DNA of 62,879 bases, the filler included, from Kipferlia bialata (lineage: Eukaryota), in assembly GCA_003568945.1 (NCBI GenBank). It is 6 parts of 6 records of this genome, joined end to end, with 100 filler letters (N's around TTAATTAATTAA, not from the genome) between each part and the next. Parts side by side here need not be neighbours in the genome. Positions count along the whole stretch, not along the records: positions 12,888 to 25,656 come from BDIP01001033.1; 5 more parts are not named here. One strand, written 5' to 3'. Each line of letters opens with the position of its first letter. The first letter of the stretch is position 1. The position numbers and the translations under genes are program-made. This document shows, one piece after another, positions 13,270 through 25,756 of this stretch. The notes under the pieces were generated by a model that was given only the letters and a program-made list of their open reading frames with translations, was not told the origin of the DNA and ran no database searches.

Positions 13270-14621
13270 ATGTCCACCGCTACCAGAGATGCCCAGTGGG
13301 GTCGGATAGGCCTAAAGACCCTGGTAGTAGCACCCTCGGCTGTAGTCAAGATATCACAGAACCAGGTGGCTACTGTGGGGGCTCTCCCCACTAGTCAGGC
13401 TGCTGTGCCTCCGTATATGCAGACACTTAAGATGACCTTAGTGATGGAGGGCCGTGCACCACGTGAGGCAGAGACTATTGTCTGTATGATCGTGACCAAG
13501 CGGAGCGATGGGTTCTTTTCCCAGGAGGTGATACCCCTACCCTTCAGTGACCGTGCCGTCTATAACGGTGTGGTCTATCACGCTGGGAAGCTCTATATGC
13601 TGCTGTGTGACCCCAAGACCGACGAGCACTACGAGCCTGACAGCATATACCTGCCATTCTCATCCAGGGGAAGTGTGGCTGTTCTCTCCCTCGACACTCA
13701 GCAGTGTACAGTCCTGCCTGCCACTGATCTACCATGCTCACTATTCACACGCTGCTCATTCATGCTGGGTGACACCTGGTACATCGCAGGTTGGATGTGT
13801 ATGTAATGACAGTATATATATACATATATATGTATACGTAGTATAGCATATATATGATGTATACACTCCTAGTATATCGCAGGTTTGGATTGGGGGCACC
13901 TTGCTTGTATTCATATATATATGTGTATATACTTGGTACATCGCAGTTACGGTTACCAGTCTCTATGCAATATGTACGAGATTACGTGCCGGTTTGACAC
14001 TGTCTCTTCTGCTACTATATGTGAATATATATATGACTTGAAATGTAAGTTGAGGTTATCGGTATTGGCACAACCCTAAAGACACTTTCTCCTATCAGTG
14101 TACCATTAACCACAGGATGGAACGCCAAGAGAGCTCCGATCCTCTTGACCTACCAGCCACTCTCCAACAGGTGGGGTAGAGGGGAGTCAGGTGTCTTTGG
14201 AAACATGACCCCAACGCTCTCCAGTACAGTGGTAGGCGATGTTGCATACCTCATGTGTGAAGATTCAGAGTTCTATCCCTATGTGGCATCCTTCACTGAG
14301 GAGAGTGGCTTTCGCTCTGTAGCGAGACTTCCTAAGACTTCTGATGCGCTACAGATGTTCTCGATCGGCAGACACCTCTTTGTGTATGATACAGACACGA
14401 CAGACGAGCCAATAGTCTTGCTGAGTTACAACACAGTGTCTGGGGAGTGGGTAGAGTACCCATCTGCTGTCAGACTCTCTGTGGGCTGTGTTGGAGAGCA
14501 CATTGGAGATGGAGTCCTGATACTGTTTACAGGTCAGAGCATCTTCTACAGGGAACCAGAGTGTCTGTACCTCACCCTGTCTCTGCCCCCTGGCGACGAC
14601 AATGTGTCTCTTGGGCTGTAA
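13270..14621 (+). CDS. Kelch-like beta-propeller protein, 2 exons (13270-13789, 14116-14621)
   Basis: Phase-1 intron joins WYIA-G-WNAK. Kelch-like segments: GVVYHAGKLYML, SFMLGDTWYIAGW, STVVGDVAYLM, FSIGRHLFVY, LSYNTVSGEW. Confidence 0.7.
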
Positions 14622-14933
14622 CCTACACCGTGTAAGTGGTAGAGTAAAACGAAGGAGTATTGGTATTTGTGGCCACTCATCAAAACGAGGAGCCAGGCGA
14701 ATAGTGTCCATTTAGTGTCTCTTTCCGGAGTATCACTCAATCGTTAGCTTAATACTTGATACATAGAATCCTGACTCATACAGTTTGAGTCATACTGCAT
14801 GATACTCTGACGTTGAGCAATCATCCCGATATGGTCTCAAGGTGAGATTCTCACCACACACTCGTATTTGAACAGTAAAATGATACACTCATCACGCAGC
14901 CACGATAACCGTCCGGGTGGTGACTAGTAGTCA

Positions 14934-15571
14934 ATGACTACCCTCTCTACTGCCAGTGTCCCCACCATCTTGACCGTGTCAAGTTGACACTACTTACCGG
15001 CGAACCATGTAATTGCAGACCCTGTCCATTGACGGAGTGATACCCCTTCAGCGACATGCATTTATAGCCGCAGGAGTTAACGCTGGTACCAACAGGGTTT
15101 TGCTATGGCGAGCCGGCCACCGTGAGAGCGAGTCTCCCCTTGTGATTCTGTCTGTCTCCTTCGACGACAATGGCGCCATCCGCCCCATACGTGTCTGAGA
15201 GTAGGGTGATTCCCTCACCCCTCGGTGACAAGAGAGTGTTTCAGACCTCCATGACTACAGTGGTTGCGTATATACTGACTGTAATTCGTGTACTAATCCA
15301 CAGAAATCTGGGCGGCTGGTCAACGTTTCCGAGCAGTTCGAGAGACCAAACCCCGACCATCTTGAGTACCCTACACATATGGGACCCCGTGAGTGGTCCA
15401 CTTACGGTGAGTGGAGAGTGGGACAGACTGGTATTTGTAGCTCCCCTCCTGTGCCGGGCACTAGATACATCCCTGTCATCCTCAATGGCACAACTTGCCT
15501 GTTCCTGTACCAAGCTGGCTCCTAGTAGGACTCCTACTAGTAGTAGGAGCCTCCTACCTCACTGTCAATGA
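14934..15571 (+). pseudogene. Degenerate kelch-family-like gene relic
   Basis: Frame-broken segments LVILSVSFDD / ESRVIPSPLG..SMTTVVAYIL / LHIWDPVSG..GEW parallel the VIPNPF..MSATRIGDYVY..LHTFHIPTERW layout of the neighbouring kelch gene. Confidence 0.45.
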
Positions 15572-16040
15572 AGCGTTTTCCTTGACTATCTATGTCTACA
15601 CTTAGGTCTGCGTTTTATAGAATCGTTAATCTGACGTTGGGCACTGTTCGCGGATAGTAAGAGTGTTGTGGTCCCATGTACATATCTCATTGAAGGATGC
15701 TTCGTGTCATATAAAACAGGTTCGAACAGAAACCACAACCAAAGGCAGTAGAAGTACACGTGTAGAACGGTTAGCAATGCCTGTGTGAAATTCTTCAAAG
15801 TAGACTAATCTGTGGAGCACGTTCACCGGTGCTCTTGACACAGAACTGCACGTATTCTAGAAGTGAGCCTTTGACTCCAACATTACCAAGTTCTTATCAC
15901 CTCTAGAGTGTTCCTTGCTGTTACGGGTAAGAATTTTGCATATATTTACTGTCAAAATAGTGTGTTACGACTTAAATTTCTCAATAGTCATCCATCATGG
16001 AATCCATAAAGGATGACTCATCTATGTACCAGGTGCCAAC

Positions 16041-17124
16041 CTAGTACTCCCACTCCACCCACTCAGTCTCCATCTCCTGTGTCCCAGACCACACCGGCAG
16101 AGTGGTAAATGGAGCAACGTCGTGTCCAAGGGAGAGAATAGACGTCCCGCTGTCATTCAGTAACCTCCTATGCGGCCCCTCCCTCCACGTTCTTGATACT
16201 GTATCATACACATGTAACGACTTGGGCTCATAGAGCCAGAGGTCAGTACCGCGCACCCGCAAGTTACAAAACCTGAAGAAGTCTAGCTGCTGGTATTGTG
16301 CCTGCCACCCGCTCGTGTCTGTGTATGTATACAACAGAGTAGCCGACTCGCTGTCTTTTGCTAATATCAGGTAAAAGACACCATTGACAACAGCACCACC
16401 AGAGTACGTCGAGCTTATAGGGTACTGCTAGAGGGGGGTAGCTGGGACTACCTCCAAATAGTACTGGAGAGTATCCACCTAGGACATGCAGTCTCCCGTC
16501 CAGTGCAAATGCCACTTGTTCATATCTTGCACATGGCCACTTTCCCCCCTTTGGTGTCTGCCCCCACCGCTCCGTGGGTATGTGGAATGTGTGGAGGGTG
16601 TCTGAGGCCGCAAGAGGTCCCGGTGTACTGTCAAAACTTGTGAACCCACCGTACACGTACACATAGTCCCCTATCCTTGTCGCAGACATCGAACCTAGCA
16701 GCTGAAAGGGGTTTGGTATCACCGCTACTGTTACAGTCTTGGACACCGGCTCAACAGTCACAATCTGACACTCAACGAACCCAGTGAGACTTGTCTCCGT
16801 CTCTGTCTGTGTGTGTAACGACATCACAAGTAGTGCATATGGTTCAGTCGGGTGCCAGAACTCTGGTATGCCACCCTCAGGGGTCAAGGGTCCAGTGTAT
16901 ACACACGTGGGGCACTGGCCAAACCAGTTGGCCCTAAGTATGCAGTGCTGCATGGATACCATATGTAGAGTGGCTGGGAGCTGTGCTGCCGCCAGGAAGG
17001 CTGTATCAGTTGCAAAGACTTTGCAACTTTGCAACTTGCAAAGTTGCCTCTCAAAGGCTCCTGTCACAGAGTCGAAGGGTGGCCTGTAAAATGGCACCGC
17101 ATTAGATAGGTCACGAATCGCCAA
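16041..17124 (-). pseudogene. Kelch-repeat gene with an apparent frameshift near 16410 (pseudogene or sequence error)
   Basis: SATRIGDYVYVYGG, LHTFHIPTERW, WPCARYEQVAFALDGRLHVLGG; kelch-like GAVVNGVFYL..LHVYDTVSRTW continues in another frame, and no intron was found that restores the frame. Confidence 0.65.
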
Positions 17125-17954
17125 ACAGCTGATATGCCCTCTCTACAGAAGGTTTCAGTGTTTCAAGAGCTGTTCACTGTTAAAGGTCATTGCAATTCTG
17201 TGTCTACTGTTACTCTGTATACTGTAGAGTCCCTGCCCAACCGCAGAAGTGCGGGCACCTCTTCGCACCTATTGCTGTATGGTACATCACCGGAAGAGAG
17301 CAACGCGTTCCCAGTAGCAAGTACAATGCCATTACAAGTTGTAATTTACAACCATTGCCAGTTGGGCGAATTTGTTTCTTGTCAACAGTGCAACAGTGCA
17401 GAGACGCGTGTATATTATCTAGAGTCAGTCCACCCCCGGTGATGACACTGTTTCTCTCCTCTTGGTGTAGTTACCTTCGTATATGGAGAATAGAACCATC
17501 CTTTGTAGCAAAAGACTCTTGCTTCAGTTATCACACTCACTCTGTTATCGGCTGTGCCGCTGTGATACAGGGGACTGAGTAACACTATCAGGTTGAATTG
17601 CTACTTCTCACATATAGAGTCTCTTTCGTCAACGTAAAGAAGTGTTTCGTTTGAGGGTCTCAAGTCGCCCATTATCTATCGCAGGAGGTATCTCAACAGT
17701 ATCAAAGACTTGCCCTTCGTAAGATCCCTTAATACTTCTCCTGTTTTAGACAGCATCACATGGGCGGCTATCCGTACTACCAGAGCAGCAGTGAGGACGA
17801 GGTATGTAGAGTGGTCAATGACCATGCTGCGAAAGTAACGAAACACATTGTACCTATTTGGTACTGGCAAACAGATTCATCGTCCATATGGTAAAGAGTA
17901 TTAGATATGTGAGACCAGTATATCTATTATGAATAGTAAGAGTTTCTCTCCTCA

Positions 17955-20871
17955 ATGCTTCTCAAGCTCCCCAACGCCGTGAGAGCAGACCACCCAAGGG
18001 TAGAGCGTATATACTATGCGTATTATGTGTACATGTGTGTGTGTCTCCGTGTACGTCTTACCTGTCTAGGACGAGACCCCTCTTCGAGAGCGCCAGATAC
18101 TGGCAGAGATGGATGAGGACGCTGTCTACCTCATGAATAGGTGGGACTCGCGTCTACAGTATCTAACACAATATGTGCCGTGTGCCATATGAAAGAGTAT
18201 TCCTGATGGATAGGGAAGAAGTCTTACCACTGGCTACCAGGGCCTTGCGCCAATTCCCAGAGTCCAGAGAGGTAAACATTAGACAAATCATTGATGAGTT
18301 ATGAATGTGAAGAATCATGATATACAGATGTAGGAGATATTCCGCTATAGTATGATACGGAGACACTGAATCAGGTGAGAGGAGAGGAGAGGAATCAAAG
18401 GACCTAATTACAAACTCTTCTCATTGCTGATCCAAAACCATTGTCATTTAGTCATGTACACTATTCTACATGTTTGTTAGGTATCCCTGTTATTATATAC
18501 CAACACACAATAGTGCAAATTGTACCAGAGTATAACAAACATATAGATTTGTCATATACTAATCCACCTCAGATATGTACCAGAGCGGCAGGACTTCTCA
18601 GCGATCTGTTGACAGGACGAAAGGGTAGGGGGCAAGTATCTGAAGTTGGGGAGATACGTTCTGCTCCAAACACTCTGATGTATAGGAGTATCCAACCTGG
18701 AGGACAAAAATTCGTAAACTACGTATCGTAGACTACGACTCGTAGTAACATCCCAATAATTCTTTCGCATTGCTAATATCTAGCAGACCTGCCTCAAGAG
18801 GGCCTTATCACTGCCTTTGAGCTCATCATTAGCAGCTATCAAGAGGTAGAAGCTAAGCTCTTAGAGCTTGCTACTAGCAACCTATATCCGCATAGCCAAG
18901 TATTCTCTCTGATACTGTGTGTCATATTATCATATATGTTGAATCATCTATATGGGCGCTCTCCTCTCTCATGATCTGGTCACATGGTTCTACACACTTA
19001 CCCAGTGGGGGTATAGCTCCGTAGCTATGATCATCAACACTTTTGGGGCAATTGCCGGGTACTGTAAGGGATACATGACATGCGTACTCCCAGGTAATGG
19101 CGATTTCTTGGCCATAAGTTCCTTGCATGTGTGTTAGTTCAATACTAGGCTGGGTTATGCAAACAGAGGTGATGTCAGACACGAATGTTTGTAGTGCAAT
19201 AATGCTCTTAAACAGGTCGCTGTTCCCCTGAGTGACTCACTTCAGATGTATTCTTTCTCAGGTCCCACTTGTTGGTGAATATCATACCTGCTGTGGTCAG
19301 CTTCGGCAGAGAGAGAGAGAGGGTCTCAGAGAGACAGGCATACCAGGTATGCCATACCTAGTTACTCGCTACAATAGTAATTTTCTATTAGGAAGAGAAC
19401 CTCACACATACTGCTCATCTCAGATATGTACGCTAGCGTCTGAGATCGTGCCAGTTCTTATCGAGAACCGTAAGTGTACCGTCTCTGCTATAGTGCATTC
19501 CACTGCTATATGCTGTCTCATTAGAAGTAGTATTGTCTCCGCTCTTCTAGGTTGTTGTCCTGGAAGACATTCTAGCACATTGCCATCTTCACCGACATCA
19601 ATCTGACGCGTAGAGAGAGGAGTGTGGTCTTGCCCTGCTGTGGTAAGAGTCTTCATTGACACCTTGAGAGAGTATTCTGACGAGCCACATTTGGTAGCGT
19701 GGGCACTTCGCATGTTGGATGACTACCAGTCGGGAGAAGGTATCTTGAACAGGGGCTCTAACTCTAACTTCAAGATTACTTCGTGCTGGAAGAAGAATGA
19801 CACATATGTCTAGCCTGTTTCTTATCATCAGGATTGGATATGTTCCATAGCCTTCTGGGGATTGACACTGTAGTGTCGGCACTTAACAACAGCGGAGACA
19901 CTGATACGGTGCACACTCCCCTAATCGCCCTACATGCTCTCGGTGTCCTGAGGCAGGTTGCCGAAAACTCAGGTACTTAGCACTATGCTACGTTAGCATA
20001 CTACGGCCTGTGGCCTCTTGAGTATGGGGAAATCACACAAAGATCCCTATTGCATCAATATAGAGTGCATGACACCAGACAGCGACATTGCAATCATGCA
20101 ATCTCTAGGTGTGTGTGACACCACCTTACACTACCTGTGCCCAAGTGAAACCTGGCCTTCTAGGGTTCAGTACGCTGTTGCAGAGGAGAGCTGTCGTCTC
20201 TTGATAGTTCTGGCGAGAGGTGTGAAGCGATAGAAGCAATTCATTGAGAGACGTTTTCAGTAAGAAATATGTCTTCTCCACTTGTTTCTTTACATTTGTG
20301 AAGACTACATACACATCATAATGGACAATGCACTCACTATTCAGACTTCACATGCAGAGAGGAACTGTGCACCCCTGAGTCAGTAAATGTCCTGAGTAGC
20401 CAGTTAGTCGAGGTATGTATATGAAATGTTGTGTCGCCCATGACAAACCACGGGAATACTTGTGAGTGTCTCAATGTGTTACGTATCTAAACACATCCCT
20501 CTACACTATTAGGATAACATAGTATAACTAATGATACATCGATGCTAGCTATGACGTCAGGAGAGAATCCAGATGTGTAATACAAGCGACAGCTACTATG
20601 CGATCCCGCACTACCTTCTCCCTGTGCAGACAATGGTCAAAGCCCTGCTTGTCAATGGTGAGTGTGAGAAGTTCAAACTTAGAAGTCACTTCACAGTTGA
20701 GTTGATTGCTAGTGCGATATAGTCATCCTTCTCACTATAGCCAGGTCCCGGTTCCGAGCAGATCCTGAGAATCCTAGTTGCGTAGCTGTTGTGAATTCCC
20801 TAGAAGATGTACTGGAGAGGTTAGAGATGCTGCTTGGATCCTACGGACAGGAGCAGGAGGATTCTGGATAA
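17955..20871 (+). CDS. Multi-exon alpha-helical repeat (ARM/HEAT-like) protein, paralog A; start uncertain
   Basis: Exons DLPQEGLITAFELIISSYQE, LLVNIIPAVVSFG, GVWSCPAVVRVFIDTLREYSDEPHLVAWALRMLDDY, FHSLLGIDTVVSAL, IAIMQSLGVCDTTLHYLCP; stop at 20869-20871. One expected exon near 20510 has stops in all frames. Confidence 0.6.
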
Positions 20872-21058
20872 ATATGTAGTTTCTGTCATAACATGTTGTG
20901 TTTGCAGGTTAAAGTCAATGCCATCATGTGACATCTTGAGTCTCCTTTGCCGTATGTAGTATTACATACACTACTGCTCAATGTATTCTATGTATCTTGC
21001 AGCACGGCACCCGTCTCTGTTCAGACAAGAAATCAACCTTTTAGTGATACTCCTCCTT

Positions 21059-24000
21059 TCAATACCGTCTGTGGTTCTTTGCTTCTGCCTTATGGCTTCT
21101 CAGCATTTCTGTTCTTCTCCTAAAATCCTCAAACGCCTTAACCAATGCGTGGTGACCCATGTTATGTGGTTCTCTTTGCATGTGGGATTCTGCTGGGGTC
21201 AGAGACATGTGTCAGCAGTAAATATTGATAACAAATGATATGAAGGAGTGTGAGCCTGACGATGACAGACGAACCATTCACCAGAATGGCGTCAACAATC
21301 GCTCCGACGTAAGGTAGCGAAACGTTGCCCGCCCATGATAACTTAGAGCCCCGATACCACTCACTGATAGACTTCTGTGATTCAGCTGTGTATATCACGA
21401 GATGCAGTGAAAACCAGTAATTCACTAATACAAGTTCCAACGGTATAGGACTGAAAACGTATGCCATACGTCGTATGGTACGTGTAGCATGTGCGTTGAT
21501 TACATATCAATATACCTGCTTCTCCTGCCAAGACATGTCGGCACATAGAATATCCTCCTAAATATGAGGTTACACAAGAGAGTCCAAAAAGAATCTGGAT
21601 TCCAGATACTCACTTCTAAGCTATGGAAAAGAGTAAAATGAGAATACTTTTCGTTGAACCATGTATGTGTATTCCAATTAGGGAGGCATACCCTAACAAT
21701 CAGGTCACTAAGGGCAGCGGCAGTATCCAGATTGCACAAGGCCTCTCTGCAACAATAGTCTGGGTGTGAGGAAACGTCTATCTGACTATCAAGTTGTGAG
21801 TTTTGAGGAATAAATCTGTTTGCGGTTGTCATTGAAATGCATCACTACTATATCATGTGAATGATGCAGAGTTGCCTCCACCTGTTGAGTAAATCTAATA
21901 AATCCAACTTTCTGTGTCTAAAGAGGTTAGTAAGTAACGAAAGAACGAATTCAGTTGACACCGTCAGTACCTTTTACCATTGAAATCAGCAGGCCGAAAC
22001 ACTGCATTGACAATTCATTTCTAATGCGATCTGGAAACGACTCTTCGGGACACAGATAGAAGATGGCTTCTTCACACACTCCTAGAGCGCCAAGGATAGC
22101 AAGGCTACTTTCTGGCAAGTGAGGTTTTGTATGATACAATACTCCCTATTCTTGTATCTGACTTACTCACCTCAATACGCAGTCGCACTAGTCATAGTTT
22201 CCAGCAGTATTCATCCATATACCATGTTCATAGTGTGAACTTCATGCACTAACAAGAGTATATATGGGTATTGTCGTTTGTGTAGAGAAGTTCTTGGTGA
22301 TTAGTTCTACTCTGCTTCCAATACTAGATGCCAAGATTACTTAACTGAAAAGGTAACTATGAGAGAACAGATTATATCAGACATACATACCGGAGGTGGA
22401 AGCAACTCTTGCGATGGCCTTTATAGCACCAAGCGCGATAAGAGGGGTGTACACAGTACTGTTGTGTAATACTGAGGCGACAGTATCGATACCCAGAAGG
22501 CTGTGGAATTGGTATATTCCTGGAGGTCAGTCAAGAGTAGTCTCAAACACTTCCGATGATACCATTCATAAATTCCTTATCAGAGTCAAAATTTTCTCTG
22601 TTTCTAGTGCGAAAGCTACTTACTGACAGCAATGGTAAACTTTACGCAATACGGAAGGTATCCCCATACATTGTATAGGGATACCTTCCTCAATTAGGAT
22701 GTATGGTATACATGAGGGTTTCTCTTTAGTTGTATCGGCTACATACGTACTCTTCAGTCTAGTTTGTCAATGACAAGAGGTATGTTACTAGCGTTTCTCA
22801 CCTGGTCCAGTGGAGTAATCGTCCAGTAACCCAAGTGTCCACTGTACAACGTGAGGCAGGTCAGCATATTCTCTCAGTGTGTCAATAACGACAGAGACGA
22901 TGTCAACTCTGGTCCAAATGGCGTCATCTGTGTGAGTACAATGTAAATACACTGACTTCATACATAATACTATACTATATAACCTGATATCAAACACCGA
23001 CTGTATTAGACACCGACCTACTCTTGCTATAAATAACCTCAGACATACACGAAAATGGATAAGAGAGACTCTTTTAGAGCCAACGAGAACTTACTTCTCG
23101 CAGGCTATATATATCAATGAAACACTGAACCCTTTTCCTCCCTTGAGGGATACATATTGTTACATTTTGAGAATACAACGTACGCTGGGCGTTAAGACCA
23201 TAAACAAGGCCGGCAGCACGCTTTCTGATCTGGTTGTTAGAAAATGAACTATTTTAACAAATGCTACAATAACTTTGTAATTGCATTGGAATACAATTGA
23301 AGGACAATTGAGTTCACCTTCTTTGCATCGTCTTCAGAGATGTCGGTTGCTTCATCGCCAAACTTCACCACGGCGGAAATGATGTTAACCAGGATCTGTG
23401 GACTCAGGTAGACCGTGTATGTGGTGAGTGAGAGGACAAATACAATATTTGAAATATTAGTACCTTAGGACGAGTTTCTCTTCAAGACAGCGTAGCAGTA
23501 AGCAACACAACAACATGGTGTAACCGTGGAATAATGCATGCATGTATATATATAAGAGATATTCGAAGTTTCAACCTGAAACAGGATCCCGCAAGAATAT
23601 GTGAAATTAGAAGTGAAGAGAATGAATTAGTTAAGTATTCTGGAGGACAGAAACATTTAGAAAGAATTAGTTCATTGTGTCAGCTGTGTATCAGGCTGTT
23701 ACCGGTAAGCTAGCAGCATGTTACCTGACGGATGCCGGAGTACATTGCTACAGTATCCACTCAGTGCCCCAAGGGTGTAGGATGTCATCTCAAGATCGTC
23801 GAATCCCCACTGATGAGTTAGTGGTGATTGTTGGCGTCAAGGCTTCCTCTAATCGCATATCTGTGTACGCAAATATATATTAAAGCAGCACCATACCTCC
23901 TGGTAGCACTGTACCACAAGCTCACACGCAATGCGAATACCTTCTCGGGGCAGATTGACTGATGGTTTCAGGGTGGATAAGACATGATGCATCAAGAGGT

Positions 24001-25092
24001 AGTATTGTACTTAGTTACATGAATGTATAATCATGCCATGCATAATGTATGTTCAACATGCCGATATGTTGTTAAAGCAGTGCCTAAGTCATAGAATTCG
24101 GAGAGGACAGTGTGATCTATGATGACTCATCATAGCAAGTCTCAACTCCAACTTAGAGTCTCTAAGTTACTATGTAATCGAATACACTATAGTGTATATT
24201 TGTACGCATCATATTCTCCAACATATATTTACGTAGCTTGATTAATAGAATTCCTACCACCTCGGTATCACTTTACCCAGGATCATACGCCATATAGGAC
24301 CTATAGGCTCTTTAGGCTATGCATTGTACACTGAATACAGTATACACTATAATAGCATGTGATACTAACCTGCGTGACTCCACTCTGTCACAGAGCACAC
24401 GAGGGATGCAGCCCTGGAACATATCTGCTGTGACATATACAGAGACTCTATGTCATAGAGAGCTTGACGGAGAAGACAACACATTGCTTGTTGAAGTCAA
24501 CTATGTCTCACAATCAGTATATCTACAATCCCTAATAGACTAGTCTACACATGTACCTCTCTAGACTGTGGGAATGTACGTAGAGCTCTATTTGCAAGCT
24601 GGAGCCTCTCCTCACCACCGTAGGGGATGTTGCGTGTATCAAGCTGTCCCAGCATCTCTCTCTCTCTCTCTCTTGGCCTGTGAGCATACCAGTATCGTCC
24701 TGAGTTAGAGTCCTGGTTCCTGGTAGAATAATAGTTCAGATATGTTGGCTGTATTCAAGGGGGTCCTCATCATACTATCAACGTTCCCACATCTTCACCT
24801 CTACCTCTCTATACATCAATAGAACATTCATTGAACATACCCAATCAAATTGATAATTATTTACGGATTGAATCAATGTGCACTGCATGTACAAGGTGTT
24901 GCATTCTTCTTTAGAACTTTCCAGAAGTGTACGATGTACATGCACTTGAGTTCCCCCTTCGTTGCAAATGAACAGTGCTAGTGAAAGGATCGATTGAGTG
25001 TGGAAAGAACATAGACTCAACATCGCTCTATAATAGAGTCTCTCACTTACCTCATCTTCACTGCTGCTCTTGTCGTAGAATGGATGGCCCAT
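21059..25092 (-). CDS. Multi-exon alpha-helical repeat (ARM/HEAT-like) protein, paralog B
   Basis: Exons NLPREGIRIACELVVQCYQE, ILVNIISAVVKFG, AIWTRVDIVSVVIDTLREYADLPHVVQWTLGLLDDY, FHSLLGIDTVASVL, LAILGALGVCEEAIFYLCP; ends AKNHRRY* at 21059. Confidence 0.65.
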
Positions 25093-25656
25093 TGGTTACC
25101 AATGATTGGTATACTCCTTTAGGAGAGAGTGTGAGTGGAAGTTGACGGAGCGAGGTTGGGGTGAAGGTGAAACCCTCTCAAAAATACCCTCAGGAAGGGT
25201 AATGATACCCTCACATATACTGTTACAGTAATATACTGTAGTACATGTCGTGTTTTGGTAGTAACAACTGTGTGTTATCGTTCATACAGTTGTTGTCGGA
25301 AAAGGGTTTAATTGATATCATTGATTCGGTGTGGAACTCCTGGCCTTCTCTTTGACGACTCCATATAAATACCATATGCACACCGTAGAGGTGCCTGGTC
25401 TAAATGATGTGGATCATGAGTGTGTGGCAGTGTACTCAGGTATATACTATATATTTGAAGATATTCATATATATATATATGTATGAAATTGTCACTCTCT
25501 TTTCTTTTTCTCTCTCTCTTTGTGTGACTGCGTATTCGGGAATTAGTATTCAGGTATATATGTATTCTGGAGTGGGCGTGTGTAAAAATGATCCAACCTC
25601 TCTCTCTCTCTCTCTCTCTGCCCCCCCCCCCCCCCCCCCCCCCCTTCTTCCCTTTC

Positions 25657-25756
25657 NNNNNNNNNNNNNNNNNNNNNNNNNNNNNNNNNNNNNNNNNNNN
25701 TTAATTAATTAANNNNNNNNNNNNNNNNNNNNNNNNNNNNNNNNNNNNNNNNNNNN
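25657..25756. other. Artificial contig-joining spacer
   Basis: N44-TTAATTAATTAA-N44. Confidence 0.97.

Noticed and set aside
17010..17047. TTGCAA(CT) reiteration in the kelch gene
   Set aside because: Short local slippage or palindrome with no further support.
17400..25400. AT-richer block as a transposon or viral insertion
   Set aside because: No transposase, reverse transcriptase, integrase or capsid motifs or terminal repeats seen; explained by two spliced paralogous genes.
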